Below, piece after piece: positions 1-15,000 of a stretch of DNA of 64,000 nt. Position 1 is the first letter of the stretch. Each line of letters starts with the position of its first letter. The notes beneath the pieces were generated by a model that worked only from the letters and a program-made list of their open reading frames with translations, was not told the origin of the DNA and made no database searches. The translations under genes were made by a program, and so were the position numbers. This DNA is from Balanoglossus misakiensis (lineage: Eukaryota; Animalia; Hemichordata), in the NCBI GenBank assembly GCA_040954595.2, contig CM082593.2, forward strand, positions 5,287,434 through 5,351,433. The letters are read 5' to 3'.

Positions 1-3000
1 CATTTCTGGATGATTTTCATGAGCTATAACCCATGGTTTTTATTCAAAAACCACCAAATTTCGAAATTTCGCGAAGTCGAAAAATTGACATTTCTGGATG
101 ATTTTCATGAGCTATAACCCATGGTTTTTATCCAAAAACCACCAAATTTGGAAATTTCGCGAAGTCGAAAAATTGACATTTCTGGATGATTTTCATGAGC
201 TATAACCCATGGTTTTTATCCAAAAACCACCAAATTTGGAAATTTCGCGAAGTCGAAAAATTGACATTTCTGGATGATTTTCATGAGCTATAACCCATGG
301 TTTTTGTCCAAAAACCACCAAATTTTGAAATTTCGCGAAGTCGAAAAATTGACATTTCTGGATGATTTTCATGAGCTATAACCCATGGTTTTTATTCAAA
401 AACCACCAAATTTTGAAATTTCGCGAAGTCGAAAAATTGACATTTCTGGATGATTTTCATGAGCTATAACCCATGGTTTTTATCCAAAAACCACCAAATT
501 TTGAAATTTAGCGAAGTCGAAAAATTGACATTTCTGGATGATTTTCATGAGCTATAACCCATGGTTTTTATCAAAACATGACGAAATTTTGAAATTTCGC
601 GAAGTCGAAAAATTGACATTTTTGGATGATTTTCATGAGCTATAACCCATGGTTTTTATCAAAAAACGACGAAATTTTGAAATTTCGCGAAGTCGAAAAA
701 TTGACATTTCTGGATGATTTTCATGAGCTATAACCCATGATTTTTGTCCAAAAACCACCAAATTTTGAAATTTCGCGAAATCGAAAAATTGACATTTCTG
801 GATGATTTTCATGAGCTATAACCCATGGTTTTTATCCAAAAACCACCAAATTTTGAAATTTCGCGAAGTCGAAAAATTGACATTTCTGGATGATTTTCAT
901 GAGCTATAACCCATGGTTTTTATCCAAAAACCACCAAATTTTGAAATTTCGCGAAGTCGAAAAATTGACATTTCTGGATGATTTTCATGAGCTATAACCC
1001 ATGGTTTTTATCCAAAAACCACCAAATTTTGAAATTTCGCGAAGTCGAAAAATTGACATTTCTGGATGATTTTCATGAGCTATAACCCATGGTTTTTATC
1101 CAAAAACCACCAAATTTTGAAATTTCGCGAAGTCGAATAATTGACATTTCTGGATGATTTTCATGAGCTATAACCCATGGTTTTTATCCAAAAACCACCA
1201 AATTTTGAAATTTCGCGAAGTCGAAAAATTGACATTTCTGGATGATTTTCATGAGCTATAACCCATGGTTTTTGTCCAAAAACCACCAAATTTTGAAATT
1301 TCGCGAAGTCGAAAAATTGACATTTCTGGATGATTTTCATGAGCTATAACCCATGGTTTTTGTCCAAAAATCACCAAATTTTGAAATTTCGCGAAGTCGA
1401 AAAATTGACATTTCTGGATGATTTTCATGAGCTATAACCCATGGTTTTTATCCAAAAACCACCAAATTTTGAAATTTAGCGAAGTCGAAAAATTGACATT
1501 TCTGGATGATTTTCATGAGCTATAACCCATGGTTTTTGTCCAAAAACCACCAAATTTTGAAATTTCGCGAAGTCGAAAAATTGACATTTCTGGATGATTT
1601 TCATGAGCTATAACCCATGGTTTTTGTCCAAAAACCACCAAATTTTGAAATTTCGCGAAGTCGAAAAATTGACATTTCTGGATGATTTTCATGAGCTATA
1701 ACCCATGGTTTTTGTCCAAAAACCACCAAATTTTGAAATTTCGCGAAGTCGAAAAATTGACATTTCTGGATGATTTTCATGAGCTATAACCCATGGTTTT
1801 TATCCAAAAACCACCAAATTTTGAAATTTAGCGAAGTCGAAAAATTGACATTTCTGGATGATTTTCATGAGCTATAACCCATGGTTTTTATCCAAAAACC
1901 ACCAAATTTTGAAATTTCGCGAAGTCGAATAATTGACATTTCTGGATGATTTTCATGAGCTATAACCCATGGTTTTTATCCAAAAACCACCAAATTTTGA
2001 AATTTCGCGAAGTCGAAAAATTGACATTTCTGGATGATTTTCATGAGCTATAACCCATGGTTTTTATCCAAAAACCACCAAATTTTGAAATTTCGCGAAG
2101 TCGAAAAATTGACATTTCTGGATGATTTTCATGAGCTATAACCCATGGTTTTTATCCAAAAACCACCAAATTTTGAAATTTCGCGAAGTCGAATAATTGA
2201 CATTTCTGGATGATTTTCATGAGCTATAACCCATGGTTTTTATCCAAAAACCACCAAATTTTGAAATTTCGCGAAGTCGAAAAATTGACATTTCTGGATG
2301 ATTTTCATGAGCTATAACCCATGGTTTTTGTCCAAAAACCACCAAATTTTGAAATTTCGCGAAGTCGAAAAATTGACATTTCTGGATGATTTTCATGAGC
2401 TATAACCCATGGTTTTTGTCCAAAAACCACCAAATTTTGAAATTTCGCGAAGTCGAAAAATTGACATTTCTGGATGATTTTCATGAGCTATAACCCATGG
2501 TTTTTATCCAAAAACCACCAAATTTTGAAATTTCGCGAAGTCGAAAAATTGACATTTCTGGATGATTTTCATGAGCTATAACTCATGGTTTTTATCCAAA
2601 AACCACCAAATTTTGAAATTTCGCGAAGTCGAAAAATTGACATTTCTGGATGATTTTCATGAGCTATAACCCATGGTTTTTATCCAAAAACCACCAAATT
2701 TTGAAATTTCGCGAAGTCGAATAATTGATATTTCTGGATGATTTTCATGAGCTATAACCCATGGTTTTTATCCAAAAACCACCAAATTTTGAAATTTCGC
2801 GAAGTCGAAAAATTGACATTTCTGGATGATTTTCATGAGCTATAACCCATGGTTTTTGTCCAAAAACCACCAAATTTTGAAATTTCGCGAAGTCGAAAAA
2901 TTGACATTTCTGGATGATTTTCATGAGCTATAACCCATGGTTTTTATCCAAAAACCACCAAATTTTGAAATTTCGCGAAGTCGAAAAATTGACATTTCTG

Positions 3001-6000
3001 GATGATTTTCATGAGCTATAACCCATGGTTTTTATCCAAAAACCACCAAATTTTGAAATTTAGCGAAGTCGAAAAATTGACATTTCTGGATGATTTTCAT
3101 GAGCTATAACCCATGGTTTTTATCCAAAAACCACCAAATTTTGAAATTTCGCGAAGTCGAAAAATTGACATTTCTGGATGATTTTCATGAGCTATAACCT
3201 ATGGTTTTTATCCAAAAACCACCAAATTTTGAAATTTCGCGAAGTCGAAAAATTGACATTTCTGGATGATTTTCATGAGCTATAACCCATGGTTTTTATC
3301 CAAAAACCACCAAATTTTGAAATTTCGCGAAGTCGAATAATTGACATTTCTGGATGATTTTCATGAGCTATAACCCATGGTTTTTGTCCAAAAACCACTA
3401 AATTTTGAAATTTCGCGAAGTCGAAAAATTGACATTTCTGGATGATTTTCATGAGCTATAACCCATGGTTTTTGTCCAAAAACCACCAAATTTTGAAATT
3501 TCGCGAAGTCGAAAAATTGACATTTCTGGATGATTTTCATGAGCTATAACCCATGGTTTTTGTTCAAAAACCACCAAATTTTGAAATTTCGCGAAGTCGA
3601 AAAATTGACATTTCTGGATGATTTTCATGAGCTATAACCCATGGTTTTTGTCCAAAAACCACCAAATTTTGAAATTTCGCGAAGTCGAAAAATTGACATT
3701 TCTGGATGATTTTCATGAGCTATAAGCCATGGTTTTTGTCCAAAAACCACCAAATTTTGAAATTTCGCGAAGTCGAAAAATTGACATTTCTGGATGATTT
3801 TCATGAGCTATAACCCATGGTTTTTGTCCAAAAACCACCAAATTTTGAAATTTCGCGAAGTCGAAAAATTGACATTTCTGGATGATTTTCATGAGCTATA
3901 ACCCATGGTTTTTGTCCAAAAACCACCAAATTTTGAAATTTCGCGAAGTCGAAAAATTGACATTTCTGTATGATTTTCATGAGCTATAACCCATGGTTTT
4001 TATCCAAAAACTACCAAATTTTGAAATTTAGCGAAGTCGAAAAATTGACATTTCTGGATGATTTTCATGAGCTATAACCCATGGTTTTTGTCCAAAAACC
4101 ACCAAATTTTGAAATTTCGCGAAATCGAAAAATTGACATTTCTGGATGATTTTCATGAGCTATAACCCATGGTTTTTGTCCAAAAACCACCAAATTTTGA
4201 AATTTCGCGAAGTCGAAAAATTGACATTTCTGGATGATTTTCATGAGCTATAACCCATGGTTTTTGTCCAAAAACCACCAAATTTTGAAATTTCGCGAAG
4301 TCGAAAAATTGACATTTCTGGATGATTTTCATGAGCTATAACCCATGGTTTTTGTCCAAAAACCACCAAATTTTGAAATTTCGCGAAGTCGAAAAATTGA
4401 CATTTCTGGATGATTTTCATGAGCTATAACCCATGGTTTTTATCCAAAAACCACCAAATTTTGAAATTTAGCGAAGTCGAAAAATTGACATTTCTGGATG
4501 ATTTTCATGAGCTATAACCCAAGGTTTTTGTCCAAAAACAACCAAATTTTGAAATTTCGCGAAATCGAAAAATTGACATTTCTGGATGATTTTCATGAGC
4601 TATAACCCATGGTTTTTGTCCAAAAACCACCAAATTTTGAAATTTAGCGAAGTCGAAAAATTGACATTTCTGGACGATTTTCATGAGCTATAACTCATGG
4701 TTTTTATCCAAAAACCACCAAATTTTGAAATTTCGCGAAGTCGAATAATTGATATTTCTGGATGATTTTCATGAGCTATAACCCATGGTTTTTATCCAAA
4801 AACCACCAAATTTTGAAATTTCGCGAAGTCGAAAAATTGACATTTCTGGATGATTTTCATGAGCTATAACCCATGGTTTTTGTCCAAAAACCACCAAATT
4901 TTGAAATTTCGCGAAGTCGAAAAATTGACATTTCTGGATGATTTTCATGAGCTATAACCCATGGTTTTTATCCAAAAACCACCAAATTTTGAAATTTCGC
5001 GAAGTCGAAAAATTGACATTTCTGGATGATTTTCATGAGCTATAACCCATGGTTTTTATCCAAAAACCACCAAATTTTGAAATTTAGCGAAGTCGAAAAA
5101 TTGACATTTCTGGATGATTTTCATGAGCTATAACCCATGGTTTTTATCCAAAAACCACCAAATTTTGAAATTTCGCGAAGTCGAAAAATTGACATTTCTG
5201 GATGATTTTCATGAGCTATAACCCATGGTTTTTATCCAAAAACCACCAAATTTTGAAATTTCGCGAAGTCGAATAATTGATATTTCTGGATGATTTTCAT
5301 GAGCTATAACCCATGGTTTTAATCCAAAAACCACCAAATTTTGAAATTTCGCGAAGTCGAAAAATTGACATTTCTGGATGATTTTCATGAGCTATAACCC
5401 ATGGTTTTTATCCAAAAACCACCAAATTTTGAAATTTCGCGAAGTCGAATAATTGACATTTCTGGATGATTTTCATGAGCTATAACCCATGGTTTTTGTC
5501 CAAAAACCACCAAATTTTGAAATTTCGCGAAGTCGAAAAATTGACATTTCTGGATGATTTTCATGAGCTATAACCCATGGTTTTTGTCCAAAAACCACCA
5601 AATTTTGAAATTTAGCGAAGTCGAAAAATTGACATTTCTGGACGATTTTCATGAGCTATAACTCATGGTTTTATCCAAAAACCACCAAATTTTGAAATTT
5701 CGCGAAGTCGAATAATTGATATTTCTGGATGATTTTCATGAGCTATAACCCATGGTTTTTATCCAAAAACCACCAAATTTTGAAATTTCGCGAAGTCGAA
5801 AAATTGACATTTCTGGATGATTTTCATGAGCTATAACCCATGGTTTTTGTCCAAAAACCACCAAATTTTGAAATTTCGCGAAGTCGAAAAATTGACATTT
5901 CTGGATGATTTTCATGAGCTATAACCCATGGTTTTTATCCAAAAACCACCAAATTTTGAAATTTCGCGAAGTCGAAAAATTGACATTTCTGGATGATTTT

Positions 6001-9000
6001 CATGAGCTATAACCCATGGTTTTTATCCAAAAACCACCAAATTTTGAAATTTAGCGAAGTCGAAAAATTGACATTTCTTGATGATTTTCATGAGCTATAA
6101 CCCATGGTTTTTATCCAAAAACCACCAAATTTTGAAATTTCGCGAAGTCGAAAAATTGACATTTCTGGATGATTTTCATGAGCTATAACCCATGGTTTTT
6201 ATCCAAAAACCACCAAATTTTGAAATTTCGCGAAGTCGAAAAATTGATATTTCTGGATGATTTTCATGAGCTATAACCCATGGTTTTTATCCAAAAACCA
6301 CCAAATTTTGAAATTTCGCGAAGTCGAAAAATTGACATTTCTGGATGATTTTCATGAGCTATAACCCATGGTTTTTATCCAAAAACCACCAAATTTTGAA
6401 ATTTCGCGAAGTCGAATAATTGACATTTCTGGATGATTTTCATGAGCTATAACCCATGGTTTTTGTCCAAAAACCACCAAATTTTGAAATTTCGCGAAGT
6501 CGAAAAATTGACATTTCTGGATGATTTTCATGAGCTATAACCCAAGGTTTTTGTCCAAAAACCACCAAATTTTGAAATTTCGCGAAGTCGAAAAATTGAC
6601 ATTTCTGGATGATTTTCATGAGCTATAACCCATGGTTTTTGTTCAAAAACCACCAAATTTTGAAATTTCGCGAAGTCGAAAAATTGACATTTCTGGATGA
6701 TTTTCATGAGCTATAACCCATGGTTTTTGTCCAAAAACCACCAAATTTTGAAATTTCGCGAAGTCGAAAAATTGACATTTCTGGATGATTTTCATGAGCT
6801 ATAAGCCATGGTTTTTGTCCAAAAACCACCAAATTTTGAAATTTCGCGAAGTCGAAAAATTGACATTTCTGGATGATTTTCATGAGCTATAACCCATGGT
6901 TTTTGTCCAAAACCACCAAATTTTGAAATTTCGCGAAGTCGAAAAATTGACATTTCTGGATGATTTTCATGAGCTATAACCCATGGTTTTTGTCCAAAAA
7001 CCACCAAATTTTGAAATTTCGCGAAGTCGAAAAATTGACATTTCTGTATGATTTTCATGAGCTATAACCCATGGTTTTTATCCAAAAACCACCAAATTTT
7101 GAAATTTAGCGAAGTCGAAAAATTGACATTTCTGGATGATTTTCATGAGCTATAACCCATGGTTTTTGTCCAAAAACCACCAAATTTTGAAATTTCGCGA
7201 AATCGAAAAATTGACATTTCTGGATGATTTTCATGAGCTATAACCCATGGTTTTTGTCCAAAAACCACCAAATTTTGAAATTTCGCGAAGTCGAAAAATT
7301 GACATTTCTGGATGATTTTCATGAGCTATAACCCATGGTTTTTGTCCAAAAACCACCAAATTTTGAAATTTCGCGAAGTCGAAAAATTGACATTTCTGGA
7401 TGATTTTCATGAGCTATAACCCATGGTTTTTGTCCAAAAACCACCAAATTTTGAAATTTCGCGAAGTCGAAAAATTGACATTTCTGGATGATTTTCATGA
7501 GCTATAACCCATGGTTTTTATCCAAAAACCACCAAATTTTGAAATTTAGCGAAGTCGAAAAATTGACATTTCTGGACGATTTTCATGAGCTATAACACAT
7601 GGTTTTTATCCAAAAACCACCAAATTTTGAAATTTCGCGAAGTCGAAAAATTGACATTTCTGGATGATTTTCATGAGCTATAACCCATGGTTTTTGTCCA
7701 AAAACCACCAAATTTTGAAATTTCGCGAAGTCGAAAAATTGACATTTCTGGATGATTTTCATGAGCTATAACCCATGGTTTTTATCCAAAAACCACCAAA
7801 TTTTGAAATTTCGCGAAGTCGAAAAATTGACATTTCTGGATGATTTTCATGAGCTATAACCCATGGTTTTTATCCAAAAACCACCAAATTTTGAAATTTA
7901 GCGAAGTCGAAAAATTGACATTTCTGGATGATTTTCATGAGCTATAACCCATGGTTTTTGTCCAAAAACAACCAAATTTTGAAATTTAGCGAAGTCGAAA
8001 AATTGACATTTCTGGATGATTTTCATGAGCTATAACCCATGGTTTTTGTCCAAAAACAACCAAATTTTGAAATTTCGCGAAATCGAAAAATTGACATTTC
8101 TGGATGATTTTCATGAGCTATAACCCATGGTTTTTGTCCAAAAACCACCAAATTTTGAAATTTAGCGAAGTCGAAAAATTGACATTTCTGGACGATTTTC
8201 ATGAGCTATAACTCATGGTTTTTATCCAAAAACCACCAAATTTTGAAATTTCGCGAAGTCGAAAAATTGACATTTCTGGATGATTTTCATGAGCTATAAC
8301 CCATGGTTTTTGTCCAAAAACCACCAAATTTTGAAATTTCGCGAAGTCGAAAAATTGACATTTCTGGATGATTTTCATGAGCTATAACCCATGGTTTTTG
8401 TCCAAAAACCACCAAATTTTGAAATTTCGCGAAATCGAAAAATTGACATTTCTGGATGATTTTCATGAGCTATAACCCATGGTTTTTGTCCAAAAACCAC
8501 CAAATTTTGAAATTTCGCGAAGTCGAAAAATTGACATTTCTGGATGATTTTCATGAGCTATAACCCATGGTTTTTATCCAAAAACCACCAAATTTTGAAA
8601 TTTCGCGAAGTCGAAAAATTGACATTTCTGGATGAATTTCATGAGCTATAACCCATGGTTTTTATCCAAAAACCACCAAATTTTGAAATTTCGCGAAGTC
8701 GAAAAATTGACATTTCTGGATGATTTTCATGAGCTATAACCCATGGTTTTTATCCAAAAACCACCAAATTTTGAAATTTCGCGAAGTCGAAAAATTGACA
8801 TTTCTGGATGATTTTCATGAGCTATAACCCATGGTTTTTGTCAAAAAACCACCAAATTTTGAAATTTCGCGAAGTCGAAAAATTGACATTTCTGGATGAT
8901 TTTCATGAGCTATAACCCATGGTTTTTGTCAAAAAACCACCAAATTTTGAAATTTCGCGAAGTCGAAAAATTGACATTTCTGGATGATTTTCATGAGCTA

Positions 9001-12000
9001 TAACCCATGGTTTTTGTCCAAAAACCACCAAATTTTGAAATTTCGCGAAGTCGAAAAATTGACATTTCTGGATGATTTTCATGAGCTATAACCCATGGTT
9101 TTTGTCCAAAAACCACCAAATTTTGAAATTTCGCGAAGTCGAAAAATTGACATTTCTGGATGATTTTCATGAGCTATAACCCATGGTTTTTGTCCAAAAA
9201 CCACCAAATTTTGAAATTTCGCGAAGTCGAAAAATTGACATTTCTGGATGATTTTCATGAGCTATAACCCATGGTTTTAGTCCAAAAACCACCAAATTTT
9301 GAAATTTCGCGAAGTCGAAAAATTGACATTTCTGGATGATTTCATGAGCTATAACCCATGGTTTTTATCCAAAAACCACCAAATTTTGAAATTTCGCGAA
9401 GTCGAAAAATTGACATTTCTGGATGATTTTCATGAGCTATAACCCATGGTTTTTATCCAAAAACCACCAAATTTTGAAATTTCGCGAAGTCGAAAAATTG
9501 ACATTTCTGGATGATTTTCATGAGCTATAACCCATGGTTTTTATCCAAAAACCACCAAATTTCGAAATTTCGCGAAGTCGAAAAATTGACATTTCTGGAT
9601 GATTTTCATGAGCTATAACCCATGGTTTTTATCCAAAAACCACCAAATTTTGAAATTTCGCGAAGTCGAAAAATTGACATTTCTGGATGAATTTCATGAG
9701 CTATAACCCATGGTTTTTGTCCAAAAACCACCAAATTTTGAAATTTCGCGAAGTCGAAAAATTGACATTTCTGGATGATTTTCATGAGCTATAACCCATG
9801 GTTTTTATCCAAAAACCACCAAATTTTGAAATTTCGCGAAGTCGAAAAATTGACATTTCTGGATGATTTTCATGAGCTATAACCCATGGTTTTTATCCAA
9901 AAACCACCAAATTTTGAAATTTCGCGAAGTCGAAAAATTGACATTTCTGGATGATTTTCATGAGCTATAACCCATGGTTTTTATCCAAAAACCACCAAAT
10001 TTTGAAATTTCGCGAAGTCGAAAAATTGACATTTCTGGATGATTTTCATGAGCTATAACCCATGGTTTTTATCCAAAAACCACCATATTTTGAAATTTCG
10101 CGAAGTCGAAAAATTGACATTTCTGGATGATTTTCATGAGCTATAACCCATGGTTTTTATCCAAAAACCACCAAATTTTGAAATTTCGCGAAGTCGAAAA
10201 ATTGACATTTCTGGATGATTTTCATGAGCTATAACCCATGGTTTTTGTCCAAAAACCACCAAATTTTGAAATTTCGCGAAGTCGAAAAATTGACATTTCT
10301 GGATGATTTTCATGAGCTATAACCCATGGTTTTTGTCCAAAAACCACCAAAATTTGAAATTCCGCGAAGTCGAAAAATTGACATTTCTGGATGATTTTCA
10401 TGAGCTATAACCCATGTTTTTTGTCCAAAAACCACCAAATTTTGAAATTTCGCGAAGTCGAAAAATTGACATTTCTGGATGATTTTCATGAGCTATAACC
10501 CATGGTTTTTATCCAAAAACCACCAAATTTTGAAATTTCGCGAAGTCGAAAAATTGACATTTCTGGATGATTTTCATGAGCTATAACCCATGGTTTTTAT
10601 CCAAAAACCACCATATTTTGAAATTTCGCGAAGTCGAAAAATTGACATTTCTGGATGATTTTCATGAGCTATAACCCATGGTTTTTGTCCAAAAACCACC
10701 AAATTTTGAAATTTCGCGAAGTCGAAAAATTGACATTTCTGGATGATTTTCATGAGCTATAACCCATGGTTTTTGTCCAAAAACCACCAAAATTTGAAAT
10801 TCCGCGAAGTCGAAAAATTGACATTTCTGGATGATTTTCATGAGCTATAACCCATGTTTTTTGTCCAAAAACCACCAAATTTTGAAATTTCGCGAAGTCG
10901 AAAAATTGACATTTCTGGATGATTTTCATGAGCTATAACCCATGGTTTTTATCCAAAAACCACCAAATTTTGAAATTTCGCGAAGTCGAAAAATTGACAT
11001 TTCTGGATGATTTTCATGAGCTATAACCCATGGTTTTTATCCAAAACCACCAAATTTTGAAATTTCGCGAAGTCGAAAAATTGACATTTCTGGATGATTT
11101 TCATGAGCTATAACCCATGGTTTTTATCCCAAAAACCACCATATTTTGAAATTTCGCGAAGTCGAAAAATTGACATTTCTGGATGATTTTCATGAGCTAT
11201 AACCCATGGTTTTTCTCAAAAACCACCAAATTTTGAAATTTCGCGAAGTCGAAAAATTGACATTTCTGGATGATTTTCATGAGCTATAACCCATGGTTTT
11301 TGTCCAAAAACCACCAAATTTTGAAATTTAGCGAAGTCGAAAAATTGACATTTCTGGATGATTTTCATGAGCTATAACCCATGGTTTTTATCCAAAAACC
11401 ACCAAATTTTGAAATTTCGCAAAGTCGAAAAATTGACATTTCTGGATGATTTTCATGAGCTATAACCCATGGTTTTTATCCAAAAACCACCAAATTTTGA
11501 AATTTCGCGAAGTCGAAAAATTGACATTTCTGGATGATTTTCATGAGCTATAACCCATGGTTTTTATCGAAAAACCACCAAATTTTGAAATTTAGCGAAG
11601 TCGAAAAATTGACATTTCTGGATGATTTTCATGAGCTATAACCCATGGTTTTTATCCAAAAACCACCAAATTTCGAATTTCGCGAAGTCGAAAAATTGAC
11701 ATTTCTGGATGATTTTCATGAGCTATAACCCATGGTTTTATCCAAAAACCACCAAATTTTGAAATTTCGCGAAGTCGAAAAATTGACATTTCTGGATGAT
11801 TTTCATGAGCTATAACCCATGGTTTTTATCCAAAAACCACCAAATTTTGAAATTTCGCGAAGTCGAATAATTGATATTTCTGGATGATTTTCATGAGCTA
11901 TAACCCATGGTTTTTATCCAAAAACCACCAAATTTTGAAATTTCGCGAAGTCGAAAAATTGACATTTCTGGATGATTTTCATGAGCTATAACCCATGGTT

Positions 12001-15000
12001 TTTGTCCAAAAACCACCAAATTTTGAAATTTCGCGAAGTCGAAAAATTGACATTTCTGGATGATTTTCATGAGCTATAACCCATGGTTTTTGTCCAAAAA
12101 CCACCAAATTTTGAAAAATTCGCGAAGTCGAAAAATTGACATTTCTGGATGATTTTCATGAGCTATAACCCATGGTTTTTATCCAAAAACCACCAAATTT
12201 TGAAATTTCGCGAAGTCGAAAAATTGACATTTCTGGATGATTTTCATGAGCTATAACCCATGGTTTTTATCCAAAAACCACCAAATTTTGAAATTTCGCG
12301 AAGTCGAAAAATTGACATTTCTGGATGATTTTCATGAGCTATAACCCATGGTTTTTATCCAAAAACCACCAAATTTTGAAATTTCGCGAAGTCGAAAAAT
12401 TGACATTTCTGGATGATTTTCATGAGCTATAACCCATGGTTTTTATCCAAAAACCACCAAATTTTGAAATTTCGCGAAGTAGAAAAATTGACATTTCTGG
12501 ATGATTTTCATGAGCTATAACCCATGGTTTTTATCCAAAAACCACCATATTTTGAAATTTCGCGAAGTCGAAAAATTGACATTTCTGGATGATTTTCATG
12601 AGCTATAACCCATGGTTTTTATCCAAAAACCACCAAATTTTGAAATTTCGCGAAGTCGAAAAATTGACATTTCTGGATGATTTTCATGAGCTATAACCCA
12701 TGGTTTTTGTCCAAAAACCACCAAATTTTGAAATTTCGCGAAGTCGAAAAATTGAGATTTCTGGATGATTTTCATGAGCTATAACCCATGGTTTTTGTCC
12801 AAAAACCACCAAATTTTGAAATTCCGCGAAGTCGAAAAATTGACATTTCTGGATGATTTTCATGAGCTATAACCCATGCTTTTTGTCCAAAAACCACCAA
12901 ATTTTGAAATTTCGCGAAGTCGAAAAATTGACATTTCTGGATGATTTTCATGAGCTATAACCCATGGTTTTTATCCAAAAACCACCAAATTTTGAAATTT
13001 CGCGAAGTCGAAAAATTGACATTTCTGGATGATTTTCATGAGCTATAACCCATGGTTTTTATCCAAAAACCACCAAATTTTGAAATTTCGCGAAGTCGAA
13101 AAATTGACATTTCTGGATGATTTTCATGAGCTATAACCCATGGTTTTTATCCAAAAACCACCATATTTTGAAATTTCGCGAAGTCGAAAAATTGACATTT
13201 CTGGATGATTTTCATGAGCTATAACCCATGGTTTTTATCCAAAAACCACCAAATTTTGAAATTTCGCGAAGTCGAAAAATTGACATTTCTGGATGATTTT
13301 CATGAGCTATAACCCATGGTTTTTGTCCAAAAACCACCAAATTTTGAAAATTCGCGAAGTCGAAAAATTGACATTTCTGGATGATTTTCATGAGCTATAA
13401 CCCATGGTTTTTGTCCAAAAACCACCAAATTTTTAAATTTCGCGAAGTCGAAAAATTGACATTTCTGGATGATTTTCATGAGCTATAACCCATGGTTTTT
13501 GTCCAAAAACCACCAAATTTTGAAATTTCGCGAAGTCGAAAAATTGACATTTCTGGATGATTTTCATGAGCTATAACCCATGGTTTTTGTCCAAAAACCA
13601 CCAAATTTTTAAATTTCGCGAAGTCGAAAAATTGACATTTCTGGATGATTTTCATGAGCTATAACCCATGGTTTTTGTCCAAAAACCACCAAATTTTGAA
13701 ATTTCGCGAAGTCGAAAAATTGACATTTCTGGATGATTTTCATGAGCTATAACCCATGGTTTTTGTCCAAAAACCACCAAATTTTGAAATTTCGCGAAGT
13801 CGAAAAATTGACATTTCTGGATGATTTTCAGGAGCTATAACCCATGGTTTTTGTCCAAAAACCACCAAATTTTTAAATTTCGCGAAGTCGAAAAATTGAC
13901 ATTTCTGGATGATTTTCATGAGCTATAACCCATGGTTTTTGTCCAAAAACCACCAAATTTTTAAATTTCGCGAAGTCGAAAAATTGACATTTCTGGATGA
14001 TTTTCATGAGCTATAACCCATGGTTTTTGTCCAAAAACCACCAAATTTTGAAATTTCGCGAAGTCGAAAAATTGACATTTCTGGATGATTTTCATGAGCT
14101 ATAACCCATGGTTTTTGTCCAAAAACCACCAAATTTTGAAATTTCGCGAAGTCGAAAAATTGACATTTCTGGATGATTTTCATGAGCTATAACCCATGGT
14201 TTTTGTCCAAAAACCACCAAATTTTGAAATTTCGCGAAGTCGAAAAATTGACATTTCTGGATGATTTTCATGAGCTATAACCCATGGTTTTTGTCCAAAA
14301 ACCACCAAATTTTGAAATTTCGCGAAGTCGAAAAATTGACATTTCTGGATGATTTTCAGGAGCTATAACCCATGGTTTTTGTCCAAAAACCACCAAATTT
14401 TTAAATTTCGCGAAGTCGAAAAATTGACATTTCTGGATGATTTTCATGAGCTATAACCCATGGTTTTTATCCAAAAACCACCAAATTTTGAAATTTCGCG
14501 AAGTCGAAAAATTGACATTTCTGGATGATTTTCATGAGCTATAACCCATGGTTTTTATCCAAAAACCACCAAATTTTGAAATTTAGCGAAGTCGAAAAAT
14601 TGACATTTCTGGATGATTTTCATGAGCTATAACCCATGGTTTTTATCCAAAAACCACCAAATTTTGGAATTTCGCGAAGTCGAAAAATTGACATTTCTGG
14701 ATGATTTTCATGAGCTATAACCCATGGTTTTTATCCAAAAACCACCAAAATTTGAAATTTCGCGAAGTCGAAAAATTGACATTTCTGGATGATTTTCATG
14801 AGCTATAACCCATGGTTTTTATCCAAAAACCACCAAATTTTGAAATTTCGCGAAGTCGAAAAATTGACATTTCTGGATGATTTTCATGAGCTATAACCCA
14901 TGGTTTTTATCCAAAAACCACCAAATTTTGAAATTTCGCGAAGTCGAAAAATTGACATTTCTGGATGATTTTCATGAGCTATAACCCATGGTTTTTATCC

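Noticed and set aside
67-83. CENP-B box in the monomer
   Set aside because: Only TTCG matches; the A and CGGG of NTTCGNNNNANNCGGGN are absent on both strands.
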